A DNA stretch of 63,850 nucleotides, the filler included, from Folioceros fuciformis (lineage: Eukaryota): the NCBI GenBank assembly GCA_049999805.1. It is 12 parts of 12 records of this genome, joined end to end, with 100 filler letters (N's around TTAATTAATTAA, not from the genome) between each part and the next. Parts side by side here need not be neighbours in the genome. Positions count along the whole stretch, not along the records: positions 1 to 26,518 come from JBNGIO010004891.1; 11 more parts are not named here. One strand, written 5' to 3'. A model generated the notes under the pieces. The model worked only from the letters and a program-made list of their open reading frames with translations, was not told the DNA's origin and did no database searches. The translations under genes were made by a program, and so were the position numbers. Positions 1-10,155 of the stretch are shown one piece after another; within the stretch, counting starts at the first letter, position 1, and each line of letters opens with the position of its first letter.

Positions 1-47
1 TAAGAGGCCCTAATGAATAGTGCCCTAAATCTAGACTTATTTCATCA
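1..47 (-). repeat. Start of the 3' LTR of element A
   Basis: Exact match to 7673-7719; on the minus strand it is preceded by the polypurine tract. Confidence 0.95.
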
Positions 48-231
48 CTCCCACTCACTATGAATGCAGGGATGAATTCTAGCTTTTAAATGAGGCCTAT
101 AACATATATAAGCTCATAGGTGATGATAATTTAGGTAAAGAAAAGAAAAGAAAATAATACTATATGCATCTTATAGCATGGTGTGGCAAGATAGGGTGTC
201 AATATACCGGGGCTGTATCAGAACTCCGTAG

Positions 232-393
232 TTAAGTACCCCACTACCCGGATCAGTACTCAGATGGGGGGCTTAAGTACCCCACTACCCGGATCAGTAC
301 TCGGATGGGGGGCTGGTGACTGCTCCGCGTTTTGAAAACCCATAATATGCACAGTTAAGCTCCTTCCTGATGAATCAGTACCGGGATGGGGGA
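232..393. repeat. 41-bp tandem duplication plus a degenerate third copy in the 3' internal region of element A
   Basis: TTAAGTACCCCACTACCCGGATCAGTACTC(A/G)GATGGGGGGC at 232-272 and 273-313; related copy at about 355-393. Confidence 0.9.
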
Positions 394-828
394 CCATTGA
401 TTGGAGCCCCCCAAATAGGAATAATGAAAAGGGCTCAAAAAGGCCCTTAAATAGTAATAAAGGAGGATAAGGCTGAAAAGAAGACCCCGCTACGCGATTG
501 GCGGGCGGGAAAAACTGGTACATTAGTTATGGCCGGCCACAGGCCACGAGGAGCATGCTGGCCGGCCACGAGGAGCGCGCCAAGAGGGAAAGCCGTCGTT
601 ATCGGCCTTCCCCGAATTTGGAGGCGCGCTCCATGGCTGCACTTTTGATCAGGCTGGAATCCCGCTGATGCGCGCTGATTGTAGAGGGTACTCCCACGCC
701 ACTGTAGAAGATACTGCCGCGCCGCGCCGCGCGCCTGGGCAGCACCTGGATTGCTCCTGTATTGCAGTGATTGGGCTGTTGCTAGATCGGTAAAAGTCTG
801 CCACTATTCATCAGTGTATGCAAATTTT

Positions 829-2219
829 ATGCTGAGGGTAGAGCGCGAGTGGATTGCTGCCACTCCTGTTGCTAATAAGCTGTATTTGAATTTGCTGTGT
901 GCAAAAGGTGAGTAGCCGCAACACTCCTTAATATTGCCTTTCATGTTGATAATGGTGGCAGGACCCCGTCGTGCGATGCATCACATGATGGAAAGTGAAA
1001 GTGCCCATGCCCCCCCCGGTGCATCGAGGGACGGGAAAAGAAAAAGGAAGACAAGCCGAAGGAAGAAATTAGCGGCAAGGAGGGAGAAAGGTGCCTTAAA
1101 CCGCCAAGCGGCGCATGCTCGCATCCTGGGATACGAGAAAATACCAACATCTGGTCCTGGGCGACATATAGAAGAGGGTGAAGATGACCCTAATTTTGAT
1201 GCTGATTTCTTGCATGTATGTGCCTTGGCTGCTAACACATGTGATGCCGAAGAAGTAGAAGAGGAGGATCTATTGGTGATCCAAACCCACATAGGGAACA
1301 CGGAAGTGGTAGTAAAGGAAATCAAAAATACCATAGAGGCTAGTAAGTAAATACTAAGCTGTAATAATAGCACCATATATATTGCTGAAGAATAATAAAA
1401 TTATCGAAAATGCAGCTGAAATCATAGGGCAGCAGCCGATAGCTCCCACTCTCCATAAGGACGGGATCCCAATAAATAAATGTGCTGAGGCAGCATCTGC
1501 AGAATATCCGGAATTCGACAACGTCGAAATAGAGGAAAAGTCGGAGGAGTCCGGGTATGCCGCAACAGATAATATAGACCCCAAGTCAGCGATATGTGAG
1601 GGAAGTCCAAGCTGGAGGTCATACCCTAGTGCTAATAGTCCTCTTGACAATGGGGAGATAATTAAAACGGAAACAGCAATGACAGAGGGAAATAATAAAA
1701 GTGAGTAGGAAAAGAGGTAAGGGTACAGATGGGTGCCAGAGAAAAATATGCTTCCTAACAAAATCTACTGTTGTTGCAGGTGTAGACAAATGTGTGGGCA
1801 CTGACCATCTAAGAATGGCTATACCAGTACCAATGATCCAAGGAAAAACAAACGGAAAAAGAAAAATACCTAAGTCCTTTTTACCAGCTGGGAGCCTATC
1901 TAAAGCTACCTATATGATATTTCCAGGGAAACCAGAGGATCATGAGGCTCCCATGGAATATGTGTGTGACAAAAAGGGAATAAAAATGATGTGGTTAGGA
2001 GCATCTCCGTGTGAAGAGTATGAAGGACATACAAAACACATATATAGTAAGGTTCCCAACGACTTAACTATGTTAGTTATCATCATTTTCATCTCTTAAC
2101 CAATTAACCTTAATGCAGGATCGTTTTGGGCACTAGAGAGAGAAGAAAGGGAGTACAGTGAAGATTACTTAGAACTAGAAGCTGAACTTGAAATGCTAGA
2201 TGACCTCTGTGGTTTATAG
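829..2219 (+). CDS. Antisense spliced accessory gene inside element A (370 aa from ATG 829, or 339 aa from ATG 976); basic NLS-like patch, acidic tracts, Cys/His domain
   Basis: Exons 829-907, 962-1342, 1416-1700, 1780-2046, 2119-2219. Introns of 54, 73, 79 and 72 nt, all phase 1, donors GTGAGT/GTAAGT/GTGAGT/GTAAGG, acceptors all GCAG. The spliced frame has no stop and joins track ORFs 934-1350, 1382-1708 and 1701-2099. Start codon uncertain. Confidence 0.8.
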
Positions 2220-5200
2220 TTAGGTTTGCTTAACTAATAGGTCAGTCATAACTTCACGGATGCCCAAAGTTTTCATATGTCTGAGGTGTAAATCCCTGCC
2301 TAATGACTTGGTTAATAAATCAGCTGGATTTTCCTGGGTTGGTTTATAATTTATATCTATTGTCTTATTTTCTAACATCTCACGTATGTAATGATACTCC
2401 ACAGCTATATGCTTTGTCCTGGAGTGGAAGACAGGGTTTCTAGCTAAAGCTATCGCTCCCTGACTATCACTGAAAAGAGGTGTGGGCTCATTTTGAGGAT
2501 AACACAACTCACTCAATGCTAGCCTACTCCAGACTATGTCCTTCGAGACTGAGGTTAGTACTCTATACTCTGACTCGGTACTTGACAAAGCAATAGTAGG
2601 TTGTTTCTTACTTGACCATGAGATGGGAGCACCTGCAAGTAGTAGGACGTAACCTGATACTGATTTTCGACTATCTGGGTCTCCAGCATAGTCAGCATCG
2701 GCATATGCCTTTATTTGTAACTTGGATATGCCTGATGTTTGTTTATATTTGAGCCCTGTGTGCATAGTCCCTTTGAGATACCTGAAAATCCTCTTGACGC
2801 ATTGCCAATGTTGTTTGCCAGGATTCTCCAAAAATTGTGAGACCGCACTAACTTCAAATGATATATCAGGTCTTGTGAAGTTACTCAAATAGATTAATGT
2901 ACCAACAGCGTGTCTATATGGTACTGCTGACATCTCGATTTTTTCAGCTTCAGTCTTAGGGCTCATTTGTAAAGTGAGCTTGATGCCACTAGGAAAAGGT
3001 GTGGCAGCGGGTTTAGCGTCTTCTAGTCCAAACTTGGCTAAACTCTCTTTTATATATTTTGTTTGAATTAGGGAGATAGATTTGTCATTTCTATCTCTAA
3101 TAATATTAACTCCTAAGGCATAGGTAAGTTCTCCCAAATCTGTCATTTCATAATGACTTCTTAACCAAGCTTTAATCTCAGCTAGGTGTGAAAGGGAGGA
3201 TGATGCCAAAAATAAATCATCCACATAAAGTAATAGATAAACTGTATTTTGTTTTGTCTTCAATATATATAAGCTTGCATCAGCCTTACTTTGAACAAAA
3301 CCATATGTAATCAGCTTATCATGTATTACATTGTTCCATTCCTTGCCAGATTGCTTTAAGCCATAAATGCCTTTTATTAATTTGCATACCATGTTTTCTT
3401 TGCCTTTAACTTCATATCCCTCAGGTTGCTTCATANNNNNNNNNNNNNNNNNNNNNNNNNNNNNNNNNNNNNNNNNNNNNNNNNNNNNNNNNNNNNNNNN
3501 NNNNNNNNNNNNNNNNNNNNNNNNNNNNNNNNNNNGAGCGGATAAGGCAATTATAATTCTGAGAGAGGCAAACTTAGCTACTAGAGCATAAGTAGCCCAG
3601 GGTATGTAATCTAAACCCGGTATCTGGGTAAAACCTCTGGCTACTAGTCTTGCCTTATATCTCTCAATGGAACCATCACCCTTTCGTTTAATTTTAAAGA
3701 CCCATTTACTCCCTACGATTTTTCTCCCTTTGGGTGGTTTAACTAATTCCCATGTAGAATTCTTAACTAGGGAATCATACTCAGAGTCCACTGCAGCTTT
3801 CCATAAGTCCTTCTCGGGAGAAGTGAAAGCTTGTTTAAGGGTCAGTGGCTCTTCAGGATCAATTGTAGCTTTGTAAACAGATTGATAAAAATGGGAGAAA
3901 GGTGAGGAGGGATCATCAAAAGTGGTGAGGTATCCTAAAGGTGGTTCCTTCCATCCTGCAGGGCCAGAAATAACAGGTCTGGTCCTTAGGTTGTACCTTG
4001 GTGCAGGTTGCTCTACGTCGTCGACGATTGGATTCTCTGTGTGTACAATATCTTCATGTGCTGGTTCTTGTAATGAAGGAACCAGTTCCTCAATATCCGG
4101 ATAGTCAGGCTCATAAATATCATCCAGGTGTTGAGGAATTTCCAGATCTGGATCTGGAGTAGTAGGTCGTCGCGGAGAAGATGGCTCCTCCTCCTCCTGC
4201 ACAATAGGTTCAACTGGAGGAGAGGAAGGAAAAGATTGAATGCTGATAAACTCATCATCATCAAAAGATGTGGGTACAGTATTGTCGTCAGGAACATAGA
4301 CAGAAGAGTAGGAGTCCACTGGGGAGAAGAGTGGAGATTCATGAAAAGTAACGCTGCGGGCATAAATGAGTTTCCTTGTAGCTGGATCAAATAACTTGTA
4401 TCCTTTAATACCTTCTGTATAACCAATAAAGGTGTACTTGGCAGCCTTATTATCGAACTTCTTACGCTGTGCTTTAGGAATATAAACATATGCCGTACAG
4501 CCAAAAACCCGAAGGTGGTCGATGGAAGGCTTTCTGCCAATGAATGCTTCATAAGGTGTCATACCCCGAACTGCTGAGGTGGGCAGTCGATTGAGAAGAT
4601 ATGTTGCCGTTATCATTGCTTCTGCCCAATATGGTTTAACTAACCGGGCTTGGGAAAGCAAGCAACCTGTTATCTCTTGAAGACGTAGATTCTTATTTTC
4701 TGCTACGCCGTTTTGCTGAGGGGTATAAACCACCGTGAATTGCTGAGCAATACCTTGAGCTCGACAAAAATCTGTAAAAGCATTAGAGATAAACTCGCCT
4801 CCATTATCGGAACGGAGGGTTTTGAGTTTCTTCTCTGTAAGTCGTTCTGCCCACATCATGTAATCCTTGAAGTATTGAAAAGCTTCACTTTTGTGCTTGA
4901 GGATTGTGGTAAAACGGGAATAATCATCAATAAAAGTAATAAAATATCTGCAGCCGCTGAAAGATGGTGCAGAAATTGGGCCACAAATGTCGGTGTGAAC
5001 CAACTCTAAGGGTACCTTGGCCCGCTGAGGAGAATTGTTTTTGAAAGGGGCTTGATGTCTTTTAGTAAGGACACAAGCTTCACACCATGATAATGGTTCT
5101 ATCTTTGGAAGGGAAGGGTGTCTATAAAGGTTTCCCTTAGACATTTGGACAAGCTTTTGGCTATTAGGATGTCCTAATCTACAATGCCAAAGTAAAGTAG

Positions 5201-6677
5201 TGTTGGACGTGATAGAGTTCTGAGAAGCTAAATTAACTCTATCATGTGATGATTCTACTTGGACTGCAAGTTTATATAACCCGTCCTCTATTGTGCCTGT
5301 GCAGATATTGAGAGATTCACTAGGAGAGTAAGTGAGAAGACAACTATCTGCATCTAAAATGACTTGTATGTTATGTTCTATGCATAAACAAGTAGCTGAC
5401 ACTAAATTCTTACACATGGCTGGTACATGAAGAACATTGGAAAGAACAAGGATTTGACCAGAAGAACATCTGAGTTTTATCGAACCTATACCAGAAATAG
5501 GAAGGTTATGATCATCACCTAATAAGACACTCTGATGTCCTGTAACAGAATTATAAGATTGATACAGACGTCTATTATTACAGATGTGTGCAGTGGCTCC
5601 ACTATCCAAGTACCAGTTTGGATTTGATGACTTTGATGAAGTCAAACATACAGTTAGAGCCGAAGGTGTTGTGGAAGATGTCTTCTTCACAGCTATATGA
5701 GCTCCAGGCGCAGCCTCTTTTCTAGGCTCACCATTTTTCTTCTTGTAACAGTCCTTCTCCAGGTGGTTTGGTATTCTGCACCAATTACAAATGATGCCTT
5801 TCTTCTTGGTACCTTTAGCAGGTGTTGAAGAAGAAGTCTCTCGTCTTCGAGAGTTGTCATTGGAAGTCTGGGGTCGATATGAAGTGGAACCTCGGCCTCT
5901 GCCTCGTCCTCTTCCATTACCCCTTCCAGTGAACATCACCTGTTGCTTATTGGTTCTGGAGTGTCGCCGACTTGATTCCTCTTGCATCAATGCTCCTATG
6001 AGCTCGGCGATGCTGAGCTTAATTTCTGCTTGTGGATTCTCATCTGCCTCACGTCTTGCATTACGGAGAACAGCATTTTGAGTTGTAACAAAAGCTCTAT
6101 AAGACGGCGGTAAAGATGATAGAAGGATAACATATGCTTCCAACTCATGGACAGGAATGCCACTTGCAGCCTCAAGTTGAGATCTTGCTAGTCGGAAATT
6201 ACTAATATGGCGTTCAATGGAATCGGACTCCTTCATTTGAAGGTTGCGGAAATTACGGGAGGCGGCAACAATACTCATAACATCCATGGAGGAGTAGAGT
6301 TGAGCAAGGTGAGTCCACATGTCGTGGGAGGTCTTTGCATGACCAACTTGTATCACCATCTGCTCCGAAAGTCCACTGATGATAAGGTCTTGTGCCTTCT
6401 CGTCCCTGACGTCCCAGGACGTTCGAAGGTGTACTTCAAATCTTTCAGTGGGTCTGGGAAGTCTTCCTTCGACTATGTCCCAGAGATCTCGTTGTCGCAA
6501 GGCTCCTTTCATCCGTATAGCCCAAACATAATAATTCTTTCCATTGAACCTATCCTTCTCTTTGAAGCTGTCACCATAATGATTAATCAAGGTATGATTA
6601 GAACTCCCAGAAGGATCCATCATGGGTGTATTTGGTGACGCTGAAAATTCTTCTTCAATATTAGATACTCCAGCCAT
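2220..6677 (-). CDS. Copia Gag-Pol polyprotein (Gag, CCHC knuckle, protease, integrase, RT, RNase H)
   Basis: CNWCRIPNHLEKDC knuckle; WYLDSGA protease; WHCRLGH..CEAC; integrase HTDICGP/RSDNGGEF/NGVAE; RT YVDD; RNase H DADYAGD, TESEY, ADLLTK. The 100-N gap at 3436-3535 lies in RT. Confidence 0.97.
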   Translation of the reverse strand: MAGVSNIEEEFSASPNTPMMDPSGSSNHTLINHYGDSFKEKDRFNGKNYYVWAIRMKGALRQRDLWDIVEGRLPRPTERFEVHLRTSWDVRDEKAQDLIISGLSEQMVIQVGHAKTSHDMWTHLAQLYSSMDVMSIVAASRNFRNLQMKESDSIERHISNFRLARSQLEAASGIPVHELEAYVILLSSLPPSYRAFVTTQNAVLRNARREADENPQAEIKLSIAELIGALMQEESSRRHSRTNKQQVMFTGRGNGRGRGRGRGSTSYRPQTSNDNSRRRETSSSTPAKGTKKKGIICNWCRIPNHLEKDCYKKKNGEPRKEAAPGAHIAVKKTSSTTPSALTVCLTSSKSSNPNWYLDSGATAHICNNRRLYQSYNSVTGHQSVLLGDDHNLPISGIGSIKLRCSSGQILVLSNVLHVPAMCKNLVSATCLCIEHNIQVILDADSCLLTYSPSESLNICTGTIEDGLYKLAVQVESSHDRVNLASQNSITSNTTLLWHCRLGHPNSQKLVQMSKGNLYRHPSLPKIEPLSWCEACVLTKRHQAPFKNNSPQRAKVPLELVHTDICGPISAPSFSGCRYFITFIDDYSRFTTILKHKSEAFQYFKDYMMWAERLTEKKLKTLRSDNGGEFISNAFTDFCRAQGIAQQFTVVYTPQQNGVAENKNLRLQEITGCLLSQARLVKPYWAEAMITATYLLNRLPTSAVRGMTPYEAFIGRKPSIDHLRVFGCTAYVYIPKAQRKKFDNKAAKYTFIGYTEGIKGYKLFDPATRKLIYARSVTFHESPLFSPVDSYSSVYVPDDNTVPTSFDDDEFISIQSFPSSPPVEPIVQEEEEPSSPRRPTTPDPDLEIPQHLDDIYEPDYPDIEELVPSLQEPAHEDIVHTENPIVDDVEQPAPRYNLRTRPVISGPAGWKEPPLGYLTTFDDPSSPFSHFYQSVYKATIDPEEPLTLKQAFTSPEKDLWKAAVDSEYDSLVKNSTWELVKPPKGRKIVGSKWVFKIKRKGDGSIERYKARLVARGFTQIPGLDYIPWATYALVAKFASLRIIIALSAXXXXXXXXXXXXXXXXXXXXXXXXXXXXXXXXXXMKQPEGYEVKGKENMVCKLIKGIYGLKQSGKEWNNVIHDKLITYGFVQSKADASLYILKTKQNTVYLLLYVDDLFLASSSLSHLAEIKAWLRSHYEMTDLGELTYALGVNIIRDRNDKSISLIQTKYIKESLAKFGLEDAKPAATPFPSGIKLTLQMSPKTEAEKIEMSAVPYRHAVGTLIYLSNFTRPDISFEVSAVSQFLENPGKQHWQCVKRIFRYLKGTMHTGLKYKQTSGISKLQIKAYADADYAGDPDSRKSVSGYVLLLAGAPISWSSKKQPTIALSSTESEYRVLTSVSKDIVWSRLALSELCYPQNEPTPLFSDSQGAIALARNPVFHSRTKHIAVEYHYIREMLENKTIDINYKPTQENPADLLTKSLGRDLHLRHMKTLGIREVMTDLLVKQT

Positions 6678-6687
6678 AGCAGGTGAT

Positions 6688-7263
6688 CTAGAGGACTAAG
6701 CCTCGGCGGTACAGCTTTCCATCTTCTCTATTGCAAGCTCGAAACTCCTCCCTTGCATGGTAACCTGCATCAGGAGATGATGACCTACTAGAAAGTTCCT
6801 GCACATCTTTGAATTTAGAGAGATTGGACACCCTTACCCCAAGTTCTGTTAGTTTTCTCTTGAATTCAAGATGTTGAATTGTTAGAGAAGATAATTCTCT
6901 ATCTAGGTCATGAATTTGGTGAGTTTCTATATTTTGGCCTTGTAGACAAAAGAATTTAGAAGCGTTAGCACCAGCTCTCAAATTAGGGATATGTTGAATA
7001 GCTAATTCTAAGGCCTTAACATGGATTGGGCTAAATACTTCTAGCAAATCACATCTAGCAAGCTTAATCAACTTCCCTTGGTCTGGTTTAGAAATTAGAA
7101 TAGATGCAATGAAGTTAGCTATGCGAGAAGATATCTCATCTATCTCTCTTGCTATAATTTGTGAACTTCTATTGCTCTTAATCCTAACTTGATCTTGTTG
7201 TCTTGCAGGGCAATTTCTTTTCCTAATTCTAGGCCTCCTCCTATTAAAATAAATCAAATTCAT
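6688..7263 (-). CDS. Extra sense ORF (191 aa) between PBS and gag; basic N-terminus, probably helical/coiled-coil
   Basis: ATG-initiated 191-codon frame in AT-rich DNA, ending 10 nt before the gag ATG. A similarly placed ORF precedes another gag at 52824-53357. Confidence 0.6.
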   Translation of the reverse strand: MNLIYFNRRRPRIRKRNCPARQQDQVRIKSNRSSQIIAREIDEISSRIANFIASILISKPDQGKLIKLARCDLLEVFSPIHVKALELAIQHIPNLRAGANASKFFCLQGQNIETHQIHDLDRELSSLTIQHLEFKRKLTELGVRVSNLSKFKDVQELSSRSSSPDAGYHAREEFRACNREDGKLYRRGLVL

Positions 7264-7454
7264 AAAGAGGAGACGAAGAATTAGTGCATATGAACATTAT
7301 GGGAAAAGAGATATTTGCATGAGAAGAAAACATAAGAGAGCAGCAATTATAAAAGAGACACAATCCATCTAGCGAGGTGCTAGATTGGAAAAGATGTCTC
7401 CTAGATGCGCTCCTTAAATGCTTAAAGCTGCACTTGCATAATGAAGAGCAAGAT

Positions 7455-7466
7455 GCTCTGATACCA
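7455..7466 (-). promoter_or_regulatory. Primer-binding site, tRNA-iMet
   Basis: TGGTATCAGAGC directly after the 5' LTR. Confidence 0.95.
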
Positions 7467-7719
7467 TGATGAAAATCTAGCCTTGCTCTTAGATGCAAAT
7501 CTTAGAATGTAATTGAATGTATATAAGAAGTAAAGTACAAGCCTTTATATAGGCTAGGTAGTTGGGCGGTTACAACTATAAGTGGTTGTAACCATAAGTA
7601 GTTGTAACCGTAAGTGGTTATAACCACTATAGCTAATAACTACCTAAATAACCCTAGGTAGATAATTAAAGGTAAGAGGCCCTAATGAATAGTGCCCTAA
7701 ATCTAGACTTATTTCATCA
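7467..7719 (-). repeat. 5' LTR of element A (253 bp)
   Basis: TG...CA ends with 8-bp terminal inverted repeat; TATA-like TATATAAA; internal 16-bp repeats of TAAGT(G/A)GTT(G/A)TAACC at about 7578-7625. Confidence 0.95.
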
Positions 7720-9865
7720 CCAATCCACCGACCACACTCGAGAAACACCCAAGCCCATCAAACTCGCTGATCAGCACCGCACTTCTGCCGCCTGAACTCA
7801 CTCCACTCTCCACCAACCTCTGGGGTCCCTTCTGCATCAAGACCAGGAACTCGGGTCGATTCAAGCGCTGTTCTTCATCATCTGCCACTCCACCCTAGTG
7901 CAGATTGCGCCATCTGTTAGCCCCAAACTCGGGAACCTCCCCACTATAACCATCATCGTGGCCTCCCCTCCCTGAAGGAGAGTGAGCAGTGCCTCCAGGT
8001 GTTCCATCTAGCAACATGTCGGACGCCCCACCGGAGAGGCGATGACCCAAAACTCCTTCTCTAGTCATTGAGCTCCTCCCATCCAGACGCGCATGCTCCC
8101 CTGGCCATCCCGACAGGCAGCTACCCACCACTCTAGTCGCGTCCTCTTGGCAAGGAGACGGCTCGGCAACAAGGTCCTTACCGCCTGAGGGGGATTTGAC
8201 CTGCAACTTGTAAGGCAGAGAATCACCTCATTTCCTAGCCTTCTTCGCCCCTACAACCTTCCGGTTCTTCCCGCCCAGGACCTAATTAGAACTCGCAGAG
8301 AGTGCTAGCACCTTGGCACCTGCACCTGATCGCGACGGTTCTGCAAGACGTGCTCCAAGGTGTTGGGGGTTATCTAGGCTTGCCTCCGTCGATGAGGAGG
8401 AGGTGCGCTTGGGGATACTCTTGAGCAACCCTGCCGACCCAAGGCCTGCCTCACTAAGATCCTTACCTCCTACCGGCCCGTTCCTTAAGTCACCTAAGGG
8501 TCTCTGCTTAGCAAAAACACCACCCTGCACCACCGCCTTTGCACCTGCCAACATCGTAAGATTGGATTCAGTGCTTATACTTGTCTTCACAGCACCCTGC
8601 ACCTGCTCCTGCTGGTCAAGACCACCCTACACCTGCTCCAGCTGGTCAAGACCTTCTTGTGGACCAAAATAATGGAAGGAAACCGGTTTTTGAAGCTCTA
8701 CATCCATCAGCACAGCCTGGTCTTCCTCCATGTCCTCCTTCCATCTGAGCTCCCATTCTCCTGGAAGCTTAATTGTAATCGGTGAGGTTAGCAATCCGAA
8801 GAAGCCCAGATGAGCCTTAAACACTATTCTGGTGGCAAGAGTGACCCGAACTCTGCCGAACTTAGCATCCTTGACTAAGGTAAGCACCTTCGACTCCCCC
8901 ATCCACTACGTTTGAGTTCAGCGAGAAAACATGACTTCGAGGGGAGCTTCACCCTAAACCCCATCCACTGCGGCTTGTTGGAGATCGGGATCCGATTCTC
9001 CCTCCCCAAGTCCAGCAATGTGCTGAAGTATGGAATCGCAGAGGAACCTTTGATTCTGTGACAAATTGCACTGAACCTAGCCTCCTTTAAAAGCTTGCAT
9101 GCGTACTCTTCCCCCGCACCCAGACCCTCTTGTACCATACTCATGGCCCTCAGCCTGACAGTCTCCCACAGCCCAGCCATACGAACTTCCTCTGCGATTC
9201 CTAGCTGCAGTGACCGAGTAGGTAAGGCTTGCAACTCCTCCCTTTTCGGCATCCAGAAGTAGAAGGTGTTCTCCACCTTCTTCCTCATGATGAAACAGGT
9301 TTTCACCTGGGTGATGGTTGCGTCAACAAGCCTTGGGAAGAAGTTTTCCTGGATTCGGCGAGCCCACCTCTACGTAGCCAAGTTAGCTCTCCAAGGCTTC
9401 TTCTGAATTCCTTGAAACCCCCGGTAGGGGTTCAGACTGTGTCTTCGCAGAGTTGACACTCCTGCCGCCTTCTAGACCTAAGCGAAGCGGACAATCTCGT
9501 TTAAGAAGGTTAGTCAGACCACATACTCCGCATCTAATAGGAAGACCAAGGTAATCAAAAAGTTGCGTGTAGCTCTTTGAGGAATCTGCCGAATAACAAA
9601 CCACCACCCCAGCGGGCAACGAGGAGAGGTTGTCTACTCTTACACCAAAGCGGGGCAGCTTGTTCCTGTCAAAAAACAGGGAGTCCACCTGTGGCACTTC
9701 AACCACCCGTCCAATGGTTTCCAACATCCTGTTGATCAGTGGAATAAGTTGCGTCAGTTAGGCAGGCAACCGCACTCAAACAAAGCGCCTCTTGATTTGG
9801 GACTGCATAATTGTACTGCCGAGAGACCAAGCCTCAACCATCATCGGGGTTGAGCCTCTGAAAAG
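7720..9865 (-). mobile_element. Decayed L1-type LINE ORF1 region (host site of element A)
   Basis: DUF4283-like end (VEAWS...FV*VRLP) followed by IGRVVEV...YLGLPIRCGVCGLTNLLKRDCP, a CX2CX4HX4C knuckle with His replaced by Leu; many stops. Confidence 0.7.
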
Positions 9866-9906
9866 GACCAAGCCTCAACCATCATCGAGGTTGAGCCTCT
9901 GAAAAG
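9825..9906. repeat. 41-bp tandem duplication at the LINE boundary
   Basis: GACCAAGCCTCAACCATCATCG(G/A)GGTTGAGCCTCTGAAAAG twice. Confidence 0.9.
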
Positions 9907-9951
9907 TTGTGTTGTTTGCAAGAGCGCAAGGGCCCTAGCAGCTTCATCGCA

Positions 9952-10155
9952 TTTCACCTCCACTTTATATTGCAGCTTTAAATTGTCCATCTTGTTCTTG
10001 CATTGAATTCCCGTAGGCTAAAAACCTTGATATAAAGGAGAAATTATCACAGCAATCTTGTCATAGTGGTGGGCTGCCAAATTTCCCTGCTAAAGGTGCT
10101 CCATGTAGATGTCTTCAAAAGCTGCAATCAAGGCAAAAGTGTTGTCGACTGTTTA
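9952..10155 (-). pseudogene. Trihelix / Myb-SANT-like DNA-binding domain pseudogene fragment (possibly Harbinger-associated)
   Basis: Translates as *TVDNTFALIAAFEDIYMEHL*QGNLAAHHYDKIA...*PTGIQCKNKMDNLKLQYKVE, matching the trihelix pattern W..E.T.ALI...RGNL...W..VA...T..QCKNK.D.LKK.YK.E; three stops. Confidence 0.75.

Larger units (their letters stand above)
1..7719 (-). mobile_element. Near full-length Ty1/copia LTR retrotransposon (element A); 3' LTR runs off the window start
   Basis: 5' LTR 7467-7719 (TGATGAAA...TTTCATCA); PBS TGGTATCAGAGC at 7455-7466; single gag-pol ORF; PPT AGTGAGTGGGAG at 48-59. Bases 1-47 are identical (47/47) to 7673-7719. Confidence 0.97.
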
